Assembly: GCA_947625805.1 (NCBI GenBank)
Contig: CANQPT010000005.1
Coordinates: forward strand, 10,181-74,180
From: an uncultured Clostridia bacterium
Lineage (GTDB): Bacteria; Bacillota; Clostridia; Oscillospirales; CAG-272
DNA: 64,000 nucleotides
Direction of reading: 5' to 3'
Shown: piece after piece, positions 39,289 through 49,272 of the stretch
How positions within the stretch are numbered: position 1 is the first letter of the stretch
Layout of the letters: each line of letters begins with the position of its first letter
Notes under the pieces: model-generated
The model's input: the letters and a program-made list of their open reading frames with translations, nothing else
Databases searched by the model: none
What the model was told of the DNA's origin: nothing
Position numbers and translations under genes: made by a program

Positions 39289-40668
39289 TTGTCTTATTAT
39301 CTCGCCATTGACATCGGCGCTTCGGGCGGTCGGCACATTCTCGGCCGGATGCAGAACGGAAAATTGATCTTGCGGGAAATCTACCGCTTTGACAATCAAA
39401 TGTGCTCTGACGGGAGCGGATCGCTCGTCTGGGACATCGAGCGTCTGTTTTCCGAGATCACGGCCGGTATGCGCCGCTGTACCGACGAGGGGATCATTCC
39501 CACGTCGGTGGCGATCGACACCTGGGGCGTAGATTATGTCCTGCTTGACCGAGACGGCGCGCCTGTTCTGCCGGTCTATGCCTATCGCGACGGCCGTACT
39601 GACGCGGCGGCAGAGGCGGCGGAACGCATTTTTTCTCACGCGGCATGCTATGAGCGCACCGGCATTCAAAGGCAGAATTTCAATACCATATATCAGTTAT
39701 ACGACGATCGGCGCAAAGGACGGCTTGCGGAGGCAAAGCGCCTGCTCATGCTGCCCGAGTATTTCGCCTATCGCCTGTGCGGTAAAATGCGCAACGAATA
39801 CACCAACGCCACTACCACCGGCTTATTGAACGCGCGGGAACGGAATTGGGACAGCGTGTTGCTGTCGGCCTTTGATATCCCCGCCTCTCTCTTTGAGCAT
39901 CCATGTGAGCCGCCCGTGCTGCTGGGTTCCTTGACTGAACAGGCCAAAGCGGCGGTCGGCTATGACACGCGGGTGGTGCTCTGTCCGACCCACGACACCG
40001 CCTGTGCGGTAGTAGCGGGAGCGTACGGGGACGGATGTATGTATCTTTCCTCCGGGACATGGAGTTTGGCCGGAATTGAAAGTCCCGTTCCGATCACAGA
40101 TAAGCGGGCGCTTCACGCAAATTTTACAAACGAGGGCGGCACGGACGGCAAATACCGTTTTCTGAAAAACATTATGGGTATGTGGCTCTTGCAAAACATC
40201 CGAGGAGAAACCGGCAAGCGCTGTTCCTACGATGAAATGATGCGCATGGCAGAGAGCAGCGGTTATACACGCACAGTGGACGTCAATCATCCCGCCTTTG
40301 TCCGACCGGACAGTATGATCGGCGCGATCAGAGCGATGCTTGGCGAGAATGCTCTTCCCCTGCCCGACCTGCTTGCCTGCGTCTACCGTTCACTTGCCGA
40401 ATGCTATCGGGACACCGCGGACGAGATCGAACAGATCACCGGCCGCAAGATCCACACCATCCGCATCTTCGGCGGAGGAAGCGCCGACCGCTATCTCAAC
40501 CGTCTGTGTGCACAAATCAGCGGCCGCACCGTGATCGCGGGACTGAAAGAAGCCACCGCCGTCGGCAATCTGCTTTCGCAGATCAAATGTGAAAAGCCGG
40601 AGTTGTCTTGGGGGCAACTTCGGAAAACCGTTCAAAATTCTTTTGATTTCGAGGAGATCAAGCCATGA
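39289..40668 (+). CDS. rhaB: rhamnulokinase
   Basis: 459 aa of the FGGY kinase family (YLAIDIGASGGRHILG). Operon context with rhaA and rhaD. Apparent TTG start after GGAGG. Confidence 0.88.
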   Translation: MSYYLAIDIGASGGRHILGRMQNGKLILREIYRFDNQMCSDGSGSLVWDIERLFSEITAGMRRCTDEGIIPTSVAIDTWGVDYVLLDRDGAPVLPVYAYRDGRTDAAAEAAERIFSHAACYERTGIQRQNFNTIYQLYDDRRKGRLAEAKRLLMLPEYFAYRLCGKMRNEYTNATTTGLLNARERNWDSVLLSAFDIPASLFEHPCEPPVLLGSLTEQAKAAVGYDTRVVLCPTHDTACAVVAGAYGDGCMYLSSGTWSLAGIESPVPITDKRALHANFTNEGGTDGKYRFLKNIMGMWLLQNIRGETGKRCSYDEMMRMAESSGYTRTVDVNHPAFVRPDSMIGAIRAMLGENALPLPDLLACVYRSLAECYRDTADEIEQITGRKIHTIRIFGGGSADRYLNRLCAQISGRTVIAGLKEATAVGNLLSQIKCEKPELSWGQLRKTVQNSFDFEEIKP

Positions 40669-41906
40669 GAAAATACGAAAAAGCAAGACAGGAGTACCTT
40701 GAGTTCGGCATAGATACCGACGCGGCCATCAAGGCGCTGCGCGCGGTCACCATATCCGTGCAATGCTGGCAGGGCGACGACGTACTGGGCTTTGACGCGG
40801 GCGGAGCGCTGTCCGGCGGCATCCAGACCACCGGAAACTACCCGGGCAAAGCGCGCACGCCGAAAGAACTGATGGCGGATATGGATCTTGCCCTTTCTCT
40901 GATCGGCGGTAAGAAAAAGATCAATCTGCACGCAAGTTACGCCATTTGGGGGAAGGATGAAACGCCCGACCGAAGCAAACTGGAACCCCGGCATTTCGAG
41001 CCTTGGGTGGACTTTGCCAAGGAACGCAAGTTGGGCATCGACTTCAACCCCACCTTTTTCTCCCACCCGATGGTCAAGGACAATCTTACCCTGTCCTCTC
41101 CGGATGACGCGGTGCGTTCCTACTGGATCGAACACGGAAAATGCTGTGTTCAGATCTCGCAGTACTTTGCAAAACAGACAGGTATGCCCTGCCTTATGAA
41201 CATCTGGATCCCGGACGGATATAAGGATTATCCCGCCGACCGCCTGCATCCGCGGGCGCGCTTCCGCGATTCGCTCGATCAGATCCTCAGCGTTCCCTAC
41301 GATAAAAACAAGGTGTACGTCACGCTGGAGTCCAAGGTATTCGGCATCGGCCTTGAGGCAAACACGGTTGGAAACGCGGAGTTCTGTCTTTCCTATTCCG
41401 ATTACGCGGGCATCACGCCGCTGCTGGACAACGGGCACTATCATCCCACCGAATCGGTAGCGGACAAGATCTCTTCGCTGCTTCTGTTCCACGACAAGAT
41501 CGCCCTGCACGTTACCCGCCCCATGCGCTGGGACTCCGACCACGTGGTGCTCTTTGACGATACCACCCGCGAGATCGCACAGGAAATCGTACGTGCCCAC
41601 GCCCTCGACCGGGTACTGCTGGCCACCGATTACTTTGACGCCTCCATCAACCGCATCAGCGCATGGGTCACCGGCGTGCGCAGTCTGCAAAAGGCTCTTC
41701 TGTACGCGCTGCTCGAGCCTCACGACCGGATGCGCACCATGCAGGATTACGGCAACTTTACCGATCTTATGGTATTGAATGAAAATCTCAAGACCGCTCC
41801 GTTCGGCGCGGTATGGGAGGAATTCTTACGCAGGGAAAAGGTTGAGGCCGACTATCTTACCCCCATCAAAGAATACGAAAGAAAGGTCATGGTGAACAGA
41901 AAATGA
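40665..41906 (+). CDS. rhaA: L-rhamnose isomerase
   Basis: 413 aa. Typical RhaA sequence (ISVQCWQGDDV, NLHASYA, LDNGHYHPTE). ATGA overlap with rhaB. Confidence 0.93.
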   Translation: MRKYEKARQEYLEFGIDTDAAIKALRAVTISVQCWQGDDVLGFDAGGALSGGIQTTGNYPGKARTPKELMADMDLALSLIGGKKKINLHASYAIWGKDETPDRSKLEPRHFEPWVDFAKERKLGIDFNPTFFSHPMVKDNLTLSSPDDAVRSYWIEHGKCCVQISQYFAKQTGMPCLMNIWIPDGYKDYPADRLHPRARFRDSLDQILSVPYDKNKVYVTLESKVFGIGLEANTVGNAEFCLSYSDYAGITPLLDNGHYHPTESVADKISSLLLFHDKIALHVTRPMRWDSDHVVLFDDTTREIAQEIVRAHALDRVLLATDYFDASINRISAWVTGVRSLQKALLYALLEPHDRMRTMQDYGNFTDLMVLNENLKTAPFGAVWEEFLRREKVEADYLTPIKEYERKVMVNRK

Positions 41907-42718
41907 AACCGATTGAACAAGCGCCTTTTTTGACCGAGATGCGTTTGAGCGCGGCAAATATGTACCGGCTGGGCTGGGACGAGCGCAACGGCGGAAACAT
42001 CTCGCTGCTGATCGATCGGGAACAAGCGGCGGAATATCTTGATCTGAACCAATCCCTGCGCACCATTCCCCTTGGTTTTTATGCGCCCGAACTTGCAGGA
42101 AAGATATTTTTGGTCACGGGGACAGGAAAGTATTTCAAAAACGTCGCAGACGACCCGGAAACCAATCTGGGCGTCATCCGCGTCGCCCCCAACGGGCGGG
42201 ATGCGGAACTGTTATGGGGCTACCGGGACGGCGGACGATTTACCTCCGAACTGCCGGCACATTTCATGAGCCATCGGGCAAGACTGGCGGTCGATGCGGG
42301 CAATCGCGTGATCATGCACTGCCATCCGACGCATACTCTTGCGATGAACTATGTGCATCCGTTAGAAGACAAGGCGTTCACCCACACCCTTTGGAAGATG
42401 TGCACAGAGTGCATCGTGGTCTTTCCGGACGGAGTCGGGGTACTGCCATGGATGCTATGCGGTACCAACGAGATCGGCGAGGCGACCGCAAAGAAGATGG
42501 CGGACTACCGTCTGGTCGTTTGGGGTATGCACGGCATTTACGGCGCAGGCAAAACCATGGACGAAACCTTTGGTCTGATCGAAACGGTGGAAAAAGCGGC
42601 GCAGATCTATATGCTGACCGCCCATCTGCCGCGCGTCAATACCATCACCGATCCGCAGCTGCGGGAACTGGCAGAATTTTTCGGCGTCAACTACCGCAAG
42701 GATTTTTTGGACGAATAA
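41903..42718 (+). CDS. rhaD: rhamnulose-1-phosphate aldolase
   Basis: 271-aa class II aldolase (GWDERNGGNIS, HCHPTH, WGMHGIY). ATGA overlap with rhaA. Confidence 0.92.
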   Translation: MKPIEQAPFLTEMRLSAANMYRLGWDERNGGNISLLIDREQAAEYLDLNQSLRTIPLGFYAPELAGKIFLVTGTGKYFKNVADDPETNLGVIRVAPNGRDAELLWGYRDGGRFTSELPAHFMSHRARLAVDAGNRVIMHCHPTHTLAMNYVHPLEDKAFTHTLWKMCTECIVVFPDGVGVLPWMLCGTNEIGEATAKKMADYRLVVWGMHGIYGAGKTMDETFGLIETVEKAAQIYMLTAHLPRVNTITDPQLRELAEFFGVNYRKDFLDE

Positions 42719-42848
42719 AATACAGGAGCAATTATGGGTATAACGGATTGACGCGGCATATGGTGTCATTGAAGTTACAACACAAACAAAAACCAAAAAA
42801 GTCTGCTATGACCCGACAACACCCGGCCAAAGAGAACCGGGCGAAAAG

Positions 42849-42877
42849 AAAAGCGGATTGATTTCCATCCGCTTTTT
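42849..42877. terminator. bidirectional terminator between rhaD and the convergent GNAT gene
   Basis: AAAAGCGGAT / TGATTTCC / ATCCGCTTTT, with A/T runs on both sides. Confidence 0.75.
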
Positions 42878-43406
42878 ATATGCAGTCTAAATAAAAGACA
42901 ATGTCTGCTTTCCCCTCCTGGCTTGTCCCCGTATAAACCCGATTGTCAAAGCCGCCGATCTGAAAGCCGTTTTTCAAGTAAAACTTGCAGGCGGACAGAT
43001 TGTTGTCCTGGGCAACCGTATAAATACCTCTGCAGCCTTTTGCAAGGGCGATCTTCCCCGCCCGTTCGATGAGTGCCGTGCCCACACCGTGACGGCGGTA
43101 TTGGCCGCGCACTTTCAAGTCATACAAGTAAAGATATTTGAAAAAGGGATCCTGCAGCAGGGCAAGCCCGATGCAGGTTTTTTTCTCGTATGCGCCGAGA
43201 AAGACCGTGTTTGCTTTCATTGCCTCATAATCATAATTTTCATCGGGAAAGCACATTTCGGAAATTTGCTCTTCCGGGCACAGCCAAATCGTATGATCCC
43301 ACTTTTCTCCGTCAAAGGTCGGAATCATGCGCCCATATAAAGCAAAAGGCTCATTTGGGAGTCGGACGTTCTCTCGCGAGGCGTCGTCGATGATTCTGAT
43401 TTCCAT
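42876..43406 (-). CDS. GNAT family N-acetyltransferase
   Basis: 176 aa. Motif A: LYDLKVRGQYRRHGVGTALIERA ... FYLKNGF. Confidence 0.85.
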   Translation of the reverse strand: MEIRIIDDASRENVRLPNEPFALYGRMIPTFDGEKWDHTIWLCPEEQISEMCFPDENYDYEAMKANTVFLGAYEKKTCIGLALLQDPFFKYLYLYDLKVRGQYRRHGVGTALIERAGKIALAKGCRGIYTVAQDNNLSACKFYLKNGFQIGGFDNRVYTGTSQEGKADIVFYLDCI

Positions 43407-43423
43407 ATTTATAATTTATATCT

Positions 43424-43455
43424 AAGAAAAGCCGCCTTGCACAGCGGCTTTTCTT
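43424..43455 (-). terminator. hairpin terminator after the SLH protein gene
   Basis: AAGAAAAGCCGC / loop / GCGGCTTTTCTT. Confidence 0.65.
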
Positions 43456-43461
43456 GTTTGT

Positions 43462-45834
43462 TCAATTATACAGATACGATTTTTCGTAACGCATGAGAAT
43501 GGTTGCAACCTGTGCGCGGGTGGCCGATCCCTTGGGATTCAGAATGACCTCACTGCCGGAGGTGGTGCCGGAGATCAGCTCTTCCGCATTGGCCCATGCA
43601 AGCGCCTCCTTGGCGTAGTTGGAAGTCTTGCCGCCGTCCGGGAAGGAATTCAGATTGGCGCTCTTACTGGTATCAAAGCCCTTATACTGCGTATAGCGGT
43701 AGAGAATGGCCGCCATCTGCTCACGGGTGATGTTGTTGGTGGGAGAGAACACGCCCTCGCCGGTACCGTTGACAATCTCGTTGGAGGAAGCCCAGATGAC
43801 TGCATCGGTATAATACTTGCCGGCGGCAACGTCCGTAAAGACGTTGTCCTGCGCATTCACTTCCGGGCTGCCCTCCATACGGTAGAGCACGCTGACCAGC
43901 ATACCGCGGTTCATGACGTTGTTGGGCGCAAAGGTAGTATCCGAGGTACCGTTGAACAACTCGTGGTTGACCGCATAGTCTACTGCCTCGTAGTACCACT
44001 TGTCGGTCTGAACGTCCGGGAAAGTATCGCCCACATTGACCAGTTTGGGCATGAGAGTATTGTCCGTCTGTTCTCCGCAGCGCTTGCAATGATGGGACTT
44101 ACTGCCCGGAATCTTGTCTGTTGCGGCCCTGTCAATGGTCCACTTGGTGTCGTAATCATGCGCAGGCAGATGATTCAGTTGACAAAAACCGCACACCTCG
44201 CAGACACGCTGCTCAATACCGACGTTGCAGTTCGGCTCGACGACGGTTTTCCACGCGCCGAAGGTATGTCCGTCCTTGCAGGCAGCGACCTGCGCAAAAG
44301 CCGTGGCAGAACCGCTCACCTGATCCTTGACCGTAAACGATCCGATATAGTTGGCGGCATAGGTGGAATTCCAGATACCGTCATTTGCAAAATGCACGGT
44401 ACGTTTGTTGGAACTTGCACCGGACTCGGCATAACCGAGCGTGCCCATACGAAGATATACCTTGTATTCGCCGGCTCTGGCGTCGCGCGGTACAGTCAAC
44501 TCGGCGATATAGTAACTCTTTAAGCCCGAGGTCCAATTACGCGCATCGATCTGGGAGGGAATGACAGTCTCCTCTCCGTCCGCGTCGACCACGATCAACT
44601 CTGTCGTCATCTTGGGAAGAAGATTGCCGAAGCCCGTATTCTCGACGGTACCTTTCAGCTTGACCGTTCCTCCCTTGCTGACCGACCCTGTGGTCTGTGC
44701 GGCGCGAATGACAAAGCGATAACCCATATGGTCATACATAAATTTCTGTAAAGACTGTCCGTAGTAGGCCGACACGTCCGGCATACCGGCAAAATCGTGG
44801 TTGTGACCCAGCGGGATCTTCTCAAGTTCTTCACAGGGATCCGGCCCATTGACAATGTTATAAAGATAATTCAAGTGAGTCTCATAGAGTTCTTCGACCA
44901 GCCAGTCCTCATAGACGGGAGAGCCGTTGGCCTTCATATACTCTGCCGTCGTGTACGCAAGTTCGCCGCCGTAGGGAACGTGCAGCTGCCACTGCAAAAT
45001 CTGTACTCCGTTGCTGCGGGAAGTCGAATTGGCGCTCCATGTGCCGTAGTCGCCGGAGGTGCCGAGATATCCGTGATTATACATACCCAGCCGATAGAGT
45101 TTGCTGTCTTTATCAAAGGGAAGCATCTTGAGCAGGCCGATGTCGATGGTTTTGGCATACTGGATCACAAAACCCATATGACGCACCTGAAGGGTAATGC
45201 TCTCGTCCAGATTGTCAAGATACATGTCTAAGATCTGATCGATGTATTCCTTGCCCTGATAGTCGGAGGAGTGCATCTCGCCCCAGGGACCGACCATACC
45301 GCATTCGACCGAGATCACGACGTCCTTGTATTCGTTGATGATCGGGATAAACTGCTCCATATGGTGTAAGAGCATATTGAAATCAGACGGCTCGACCCCG
45401 CAGAAACTTTCACTGGTGTAGCCAAAACTCGGGATAAGATAGACGCCCTGCTCGCGTGCCGCCTCAAAGGTGTCTCTGATGGCTTGAAGCGCTTCGTCGG
45501 TCAGCGGCAGATCCTCTCCGCCCACCTGGCTGGAATGATCCTCCGGATAACCGTCCTGTATACGGTCTGTACCCGCAGAAAAATCACCCAGGTCAAATTT
45601 CGGACAATACATACCGTACTCGCCGTAGTCGGTCATCCGTTCGGAATTTCCGTTCTTGCGCAAAGTGTACCAGCGGTACGGCGCCCAGCCGCGTGCCGGA
45701 TTGGTGTTGAATGTTTCCAGAGATTCTCCATAGTTGATGCCCGAGTCCACCCAGTCGTCTGCTCCAACGGCGCAGAAAGACGTAGTCCCGAACAGCATCA
45801 TCATGCAAAGAAGCACTGCAGTAAGTTTCTTCAT
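43462..45834 (-). CDS. secreted SLH-anchored protein with DUF4874/DUF4832-like (glycoside-hydrolase-like) N-terminal region and a Cys-rich insert
   Basis: Signal peptide. About 500-aa catalytic-like region. Cys-rich segment at residues 519-586. Three C-terminal SLH repeats (FPDVQTDKWYYEAVDYA, FTDVAAGKYYTDAVIWA, FPDGGKTSNYAKEALAWA). Confidence 0.8.
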   Translation of the reverse strand: MKKLTAVLLCMMMLFGTTSFCAVGADDWVDSGINYGESLETFNTNPARGWAPYRWYTLRKNGNSERMTDYGEYGMYCPKFDLGDFSAGTDRIQDGYPEDHSSQVGGEDLPLTDEALQAIRDTFEAAREQGVYLIPSFGYTSESFCGVEPSDFNMLLHHMEQFIPIINEYKDVVISVECGMVGPWGEMHSSDYQGKEYIDQILDMYLDNLDESITLQVRHMGFVIQYAKTIDIGLLKMLPFDKDSKLYRLGMYNHGYLGTSGDYGTWSANSTSRSNGVQILQWQLHVPYGGELAYTTAEYMKANGSPVYEDWLVEELYETHLNYLYNIVNGPDPCEELEKIPLGHNHDFAGMPDVSAYYGQSLQKFMYDHMGYRFVIRAAQTTGSVSKGGTVKLKGTVENTGFGNLLPKMTTELIVVDADGEETVIPSQIDARNWTSGLKSYYIAELTVPRDARAGEYKVYLRMGTLGYAESGASSNKRTVHFANDGIWNSTYAANYIGSFTVKDQVSGSATAFAQVAACKDGHTFGAWKTVVEPNCNVGIEQRVCEVCGFCQLNHLPAHDYDTKWTIDRAATDKIPGSKSHHCKRCGEQTDNTLMPKLVNVGDTFPDVQTDKWYYEAVDYAVNHELFNGTSDTTFAPNNVMNRGMLVSVLYRMEGSPEVNAQDNVFTDVAAGKYYTDAVIWASSNEIVNGTGEGVFSPTNNITREQMAAILYRYTQYKGFDTSKSANLNSFPDGGKTSNYAKEALAWANAEELISGTTSGSEVILNPKGSATRAQVATILMRYEKSYLYN

Positions 45835-45873
45835 GAATAAAATTCTCCTGTTCTTGCTTTTTATAGTGTTATT

Positions 45874-47361
45874 TTAACATACACGACGAATTTTTTCAAC
45901 CTTTTTTATATTTTTTTGTTTCTTTTTCTCACACTGGACGACATATTCGTTTGTAAGTGTCCTGACCTTGCCGGAAAGGGCGAGCACACCGATCAGGTTG
46001 GGCAACATCATCAAGGCGTTGAAAATATCGGATACCTGCCAGATCAAACGGGGTGTCGTGACGGCGCCCAAAAACACCGCGCTGATGTAAAAGATCTGAT
46101 AGACTGCACAGCCCTTTCGGCCGAACAGATATTCACAGGCCTTCATGCCATAGCAGGACCATCCCAATACAGTGGAAAAAGCAAAGAGCAAAATACAGAG
46201 GGCTACAAACGCGCTTCCCGCTCCGCTGAACACGCCGGAAAACGCCTGTGCGACCAAGGTGGTCGTGCGTGCGTCGGTAAGAAAACAGCCGTTTGAAAGA
46301 TCATAAAGACCCGAGCAAAGCAACAAAAGAGCGGTTACCGTGCACATAACGATGGTATCCATAAACACCTCGAAGATCGCCCACAGGCCCTGCCGCACCG
46401 GCTCCTTTTCGTCCGAGGCGGAGTTGACCATGACCGCCGAACCAAGACCGGCTTCGTTTGAGAAAATTCCCCGCTTAACGCCCCACTCCATAGCGGTTTT
46501 TACCGTATAGCCAATCGCGCCTCCCGCCGCCGGGCGCAAACCGAACGCACCCCGGAAAATCGCGCCCAAAGCCGGTATAATCAGATGGGTGTGGCTGAAG
46601 ATCACACACAGCGATCCGGCAAAATAAAGAAGTACCATTACCGGCACGATCTTTGCGGTCATGGCGGCGATCCTGCGCACGCCGCCCAGGATAAGGATTC
46701 CCTCTGCGATCATCAGAACGATACCGATCAAAATACAGTAAAGATCTGACGCGCCCAGTTTGATATCTGAAAGCGGAAGCGGAAATGCCGCAGGCAGATT
46801 TTCCGCAATGGTACCTACCTGCGTCATGTTGCCGATCCCGAAGGATGCCAGAATACAGGAAAAAGCAAAGACTGCCGCAAGTACGCGGCCGAGGGTCTTA
46901 CATCCGCGCATTCCGCCCAGCCCGTCCCGCAGATAATACATCGGGCCGCCCGTCCATTCGCCGTCCGGCATTCTACGGCGGTAGCAACCGCCCAGCAGGT
47001 TTTCCGCGTATGCGGTCATCATGCCGAACACCGCCGCGATCCACATCCAGAAGACCGCGCCCGCACCCCCTGCGGCAATGGCTGTAGCCACGCCCGCGAT
47101 ATTGCCCACTCCGACGCAGGCGGCAAGGGCGGTACACATGGCCTGAAACGGCGAAATTGCCCCCTGCTCTGCCGAGCGCTCACGAAAGGCGCGTCCGATC
47201 GTTTGCCGCACACAATGCCCAAAATACCGAATTTGAAAACCGCGGGTGAGCAAAGTCAATATTCCCCCGCACAAGAGCAGTGCCGCAAGTCCGATCCGTC
47301 CCCAGAGAAACTCCCCTGCCGCACCGTTTATTTTCACAAGCCATCCGGCAAATTTTCCCAT
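45874..47361 (-). CDS. alanine/glycine:cation symporter (AGCS family)
   Basis: ATG 47361 after GGGAGGGA. Typical AGCS motifs (GAISPFQAMCTALAACVGVGNIAGVATAI, IFSNEAGLGSA). Confidence 0.9.
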   Translation of the reverse strand: MGKFAGWLVKINGAAGEFLWGRIGLAALLLCGGILTLLTRGFQIRYFGHCVRQTIGRAFRERSAEQGAISPFQAMCTALAACVGVGNIAGVATAIAAGGAGAVFWMWIAAVFGMMTAYAENLLGGCYRRRMPDGEWTGGPMYYLRDGLGGMRGCKTLGRVLAAVFAFSCILASFGIGNMTQVGTIAENLPAAFPLPLSDIKLGASDLYCILIGIVLMIAEGILILGGVRRIAAMTAKIVPVMVLLYFAGSLCVIFSHTHLIIPALGAIFRGAFGLRPAAGGAIGYTVKTAMEWGVKRGIFSNEAGLGSAVMVNSASDEKEPVRQGLWAIFEVFMDTIVMCTVTALLLLCSGLYDLSNGCFLTDARTTTLVAQAFSGVFSGAGSAFVALCILLFAFSTVLGWSCYGMKACEYLFGRKGCAVYQIFYISAVFLGAVTTPRLIWQVSDIFNALMMLPNLIGVLALSGKVRTLTNEYVVQCEKKKQKNIKKVEKIRRVC

Positions 47362-47525
47362 TCTGATCCCTCCCGTCCATCTTACGTAAAAGAAGGGAAA
47401 AAATATGAAAAGAGAGTGCTTTGTACACAAAAAAGACAAAAGAAAATTTGCGATTTGGTCTTTACTTTTTCGCGGTTTTAGTATATGATATCATTGAATT
47501 CCAACATATTACAGCGGAGAAACCA

Positions 47526-48992
47526 ATGGCAAACAAGAACTTTGTAAAAGAAAATTACACCCTGCTCTGCGATTTTTACGAGCTGACCATGGCAAACGGT
47601 TATTTTCAGACCGATCTGCGGGATAAGATTACCTATTTCGACGTCTTCTACCGCTCGGTGCCGGACGCGGGCGGGTTTTCCATCTTCTGCGGGCTTGAGC
47701 AGGTGGTGGAATATATAAAAGATCTTCATTTTACGGTTGATGATACCGACTTTCTGCGCAGTAAGGGGGTATTCGGGGAAGATTTTCTTGACTATCTGCG
47801 CGGCTTCCATTTTACCGGGGACATTTACTCCGTGCCCGAGGGAACGCCCATCTTCCCGGGTGAGCCTATCCTCACAGTGCGCGCTCCCGCCATGCAGGCG
47901 CAATTTATCGAAACGTTCATTCTGCTTACCCTCAACCACCAGTCGCTGATCGCCACCAAGGCAAACCGCATTGTCCGTGCGGCGCAGGGTCGGCCGATCT
48001 CGGAGTTCGGCTCCCGGCGCGCGCAGGGGGTGGAAGGCGCGGTACTGGGCGCCAGAGCCGCATACATCGGCGGGTGCACCGGCACTGCATGCACCATTTC
48101 CGAGCTGCGCTACGGCGTTCCGGCGGGCGGTACCATGGCGCATTCGTGGGTGCAGATGTTCCCGAGCGAATACAGGGCGTTTGAAACCTACTGCAAACTC
48201 TACCCGAACAACGCAACCCTGCTGATCGACACATACAACGTGCTCAAAAGCGGTCTGCCCAACGCCATCAAAGCATTCAAAAACGTGCTGCTGCCGCAGG
48301 GCATCACCAAATGCGGCGTGCGCATTGACTCGGGGGACATTACGTATCTTACCAAGCAGGTGCGAAAACGCTTGGACGAGGAGGGGCTAACCGACTGCAA
48401 GATCGTCATATCCAATTCGCTCGACGAATACATTATCCGCGATCTGCTGATGCAGGGCGCACAGATCGACTCGTTCGGCGTAGGCGAGCGCCTGATCACC
48501 TCCAAGAGCGAACCGGTCTTTGGCGGGGTCTACAAACTGGCGGCCATCGAAGAAAACGGTGAGATTATCCCAAAGATCAAGATCTCCGAAAATGCGGCCA
48601 AGATCACAAATCCGCATTTCAAGAAACTCTACCGCATTTACGACAAGCAAACGGGAAAGGCAAGCGCCGACCTGATTTGCGTGCACGACGAGGTCATCGA
48701 CGAGAGCAAACCGTTGACCATCTTTGACCCCGACTACACATGGAAAGAAAAGACCTACGAGAACTATCGCGCGGTGCCGCTGCAAAAGACCGTTTTCAAA
48801 AACGGACAGTTGGTCTATGACCTGCCCACCACCGAGCAGATCCGCACCTACTGCGCCGAGCAGATCGACACCCTGTGGGACGAGGTCAAGCGCTTTGAAA
48901 ACCCGCACAACTATTACGTCGACCTGTCAAAGAAACTTTGGGACATCAAGCAGGAACTGCTGCGCACGGCAGGCAAAAAAGGAGCAGACTGA
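47526..48992 (+). CDS. pncB: nicotinate phosphoribosyltransferase
   Basis: ATG 47526 after GGAGAAA. Contains LLCDFYELTMANGYF and GSRRAQG. Confidence 0.93.
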   Translation: MANKNFVKENYTLLCDFYELTMANGYFQTDLRDKITYFDVFYRSVPDAGGFSIFCGLEQVVEYIKDLHFTVDDTDFLRSKGVFGEDFLDYLRGFHFTGDIYSVPEGTPIFPGEPILTVRAPAMQAQFIETFILLTLNHQSLIATKANRIVRAAQGRPISEFGSRRAQGVEGAVLGARAAYIGGCTGTACTISELRYGVPAGGTMAHSWVQMFPSEYRAFETYCKLYPNNATLLIDTYNVLKSGLPNAIKAFKNVLLPQGITKCGVRIDSGDITYLTKQVRKRLDEEGLTDCKIVISNSLDEYIIRDLLMQGAQIDSFGVGERLITSKSEPVFGGVYKLAAIEENGEIIPKIKISENAAKITNPHFKKLYRIYDKQTGKASADLICVHDEVIDESKPLTIFDPDYTWKEKTYENYRAVPLQKTVFKNGQLVYDLPTTEQIRTYCAEQIDTLWDEVKRFENPHNYYVDLSKKLWDIKQELLRTAGKKGAD

Positions 48993-49189
48993 TGGTCAGA
49001 CTCAATCCGGATCAAGAGATCGTCGCCGCAATCAAAGAGGGTCTGCGGCGCAAGGGCGGCTACTGCCCCTGCCGGCTCGAAAAAACGCCGGAAACCAAAT
49101 GTATGTGCAAGGAATTCCGCGATCAGATCGACGACCCGAATTTCGAGGGATACTGCCACTGTATGCTGTATTATAAAGAAAAAGATTAA
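48992..49189 (+). CDS. small ferredoxin-thioredoxin-reductase catalytic-subunit-like Cys-rich protein
   Basis: 65 aa. TGATG overlap with the pncB stop; GGAG RBS lies inside pncB. Cys pattern CPC-x9-CMC-x15-CHC resembles FTR beta-type [4Fe-4S]/disulfide motifs. Confidence 0.7.
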   Translation: MVRLNPDQEIVAAIKEGLRRKGGYCPCRLEKTPETKCMCKEFRDQIDDPNFEGYCHCMLYYKEKD

Positions 49190-49228
49190 CCCGTGGCAAT
49201 GAGCCTCTGATAAGAGAATAGAGAAACG

Positions 49229-49258
49229 CCCCCTGCGTCATATTGACGCAGGGGGTTT
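49229..49258 (+). terminator. intrinsic terminator
   Basis: CCCCCTGCGTCA / TAT / TGACGCAGGGGG followed by TTT. Confidence 0.75.
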
Positions 49259-49272
49259 CATATCCATGTAGC

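Noticed and set aside
40632-41723. 363-aa ORF on the minus strand
   Set aside because: It is antisense to the unambiguous rhaA gene. It has no recognisable motifs and a shadow-ORF composition.
47362-47525. Possible glycine riboswitch upstream of the alanine/glycine symporter
   Set aside because: The divergent intergenic region is short and AT-rich. It shows no conserved glycine-riboswitch helices and no terminator.
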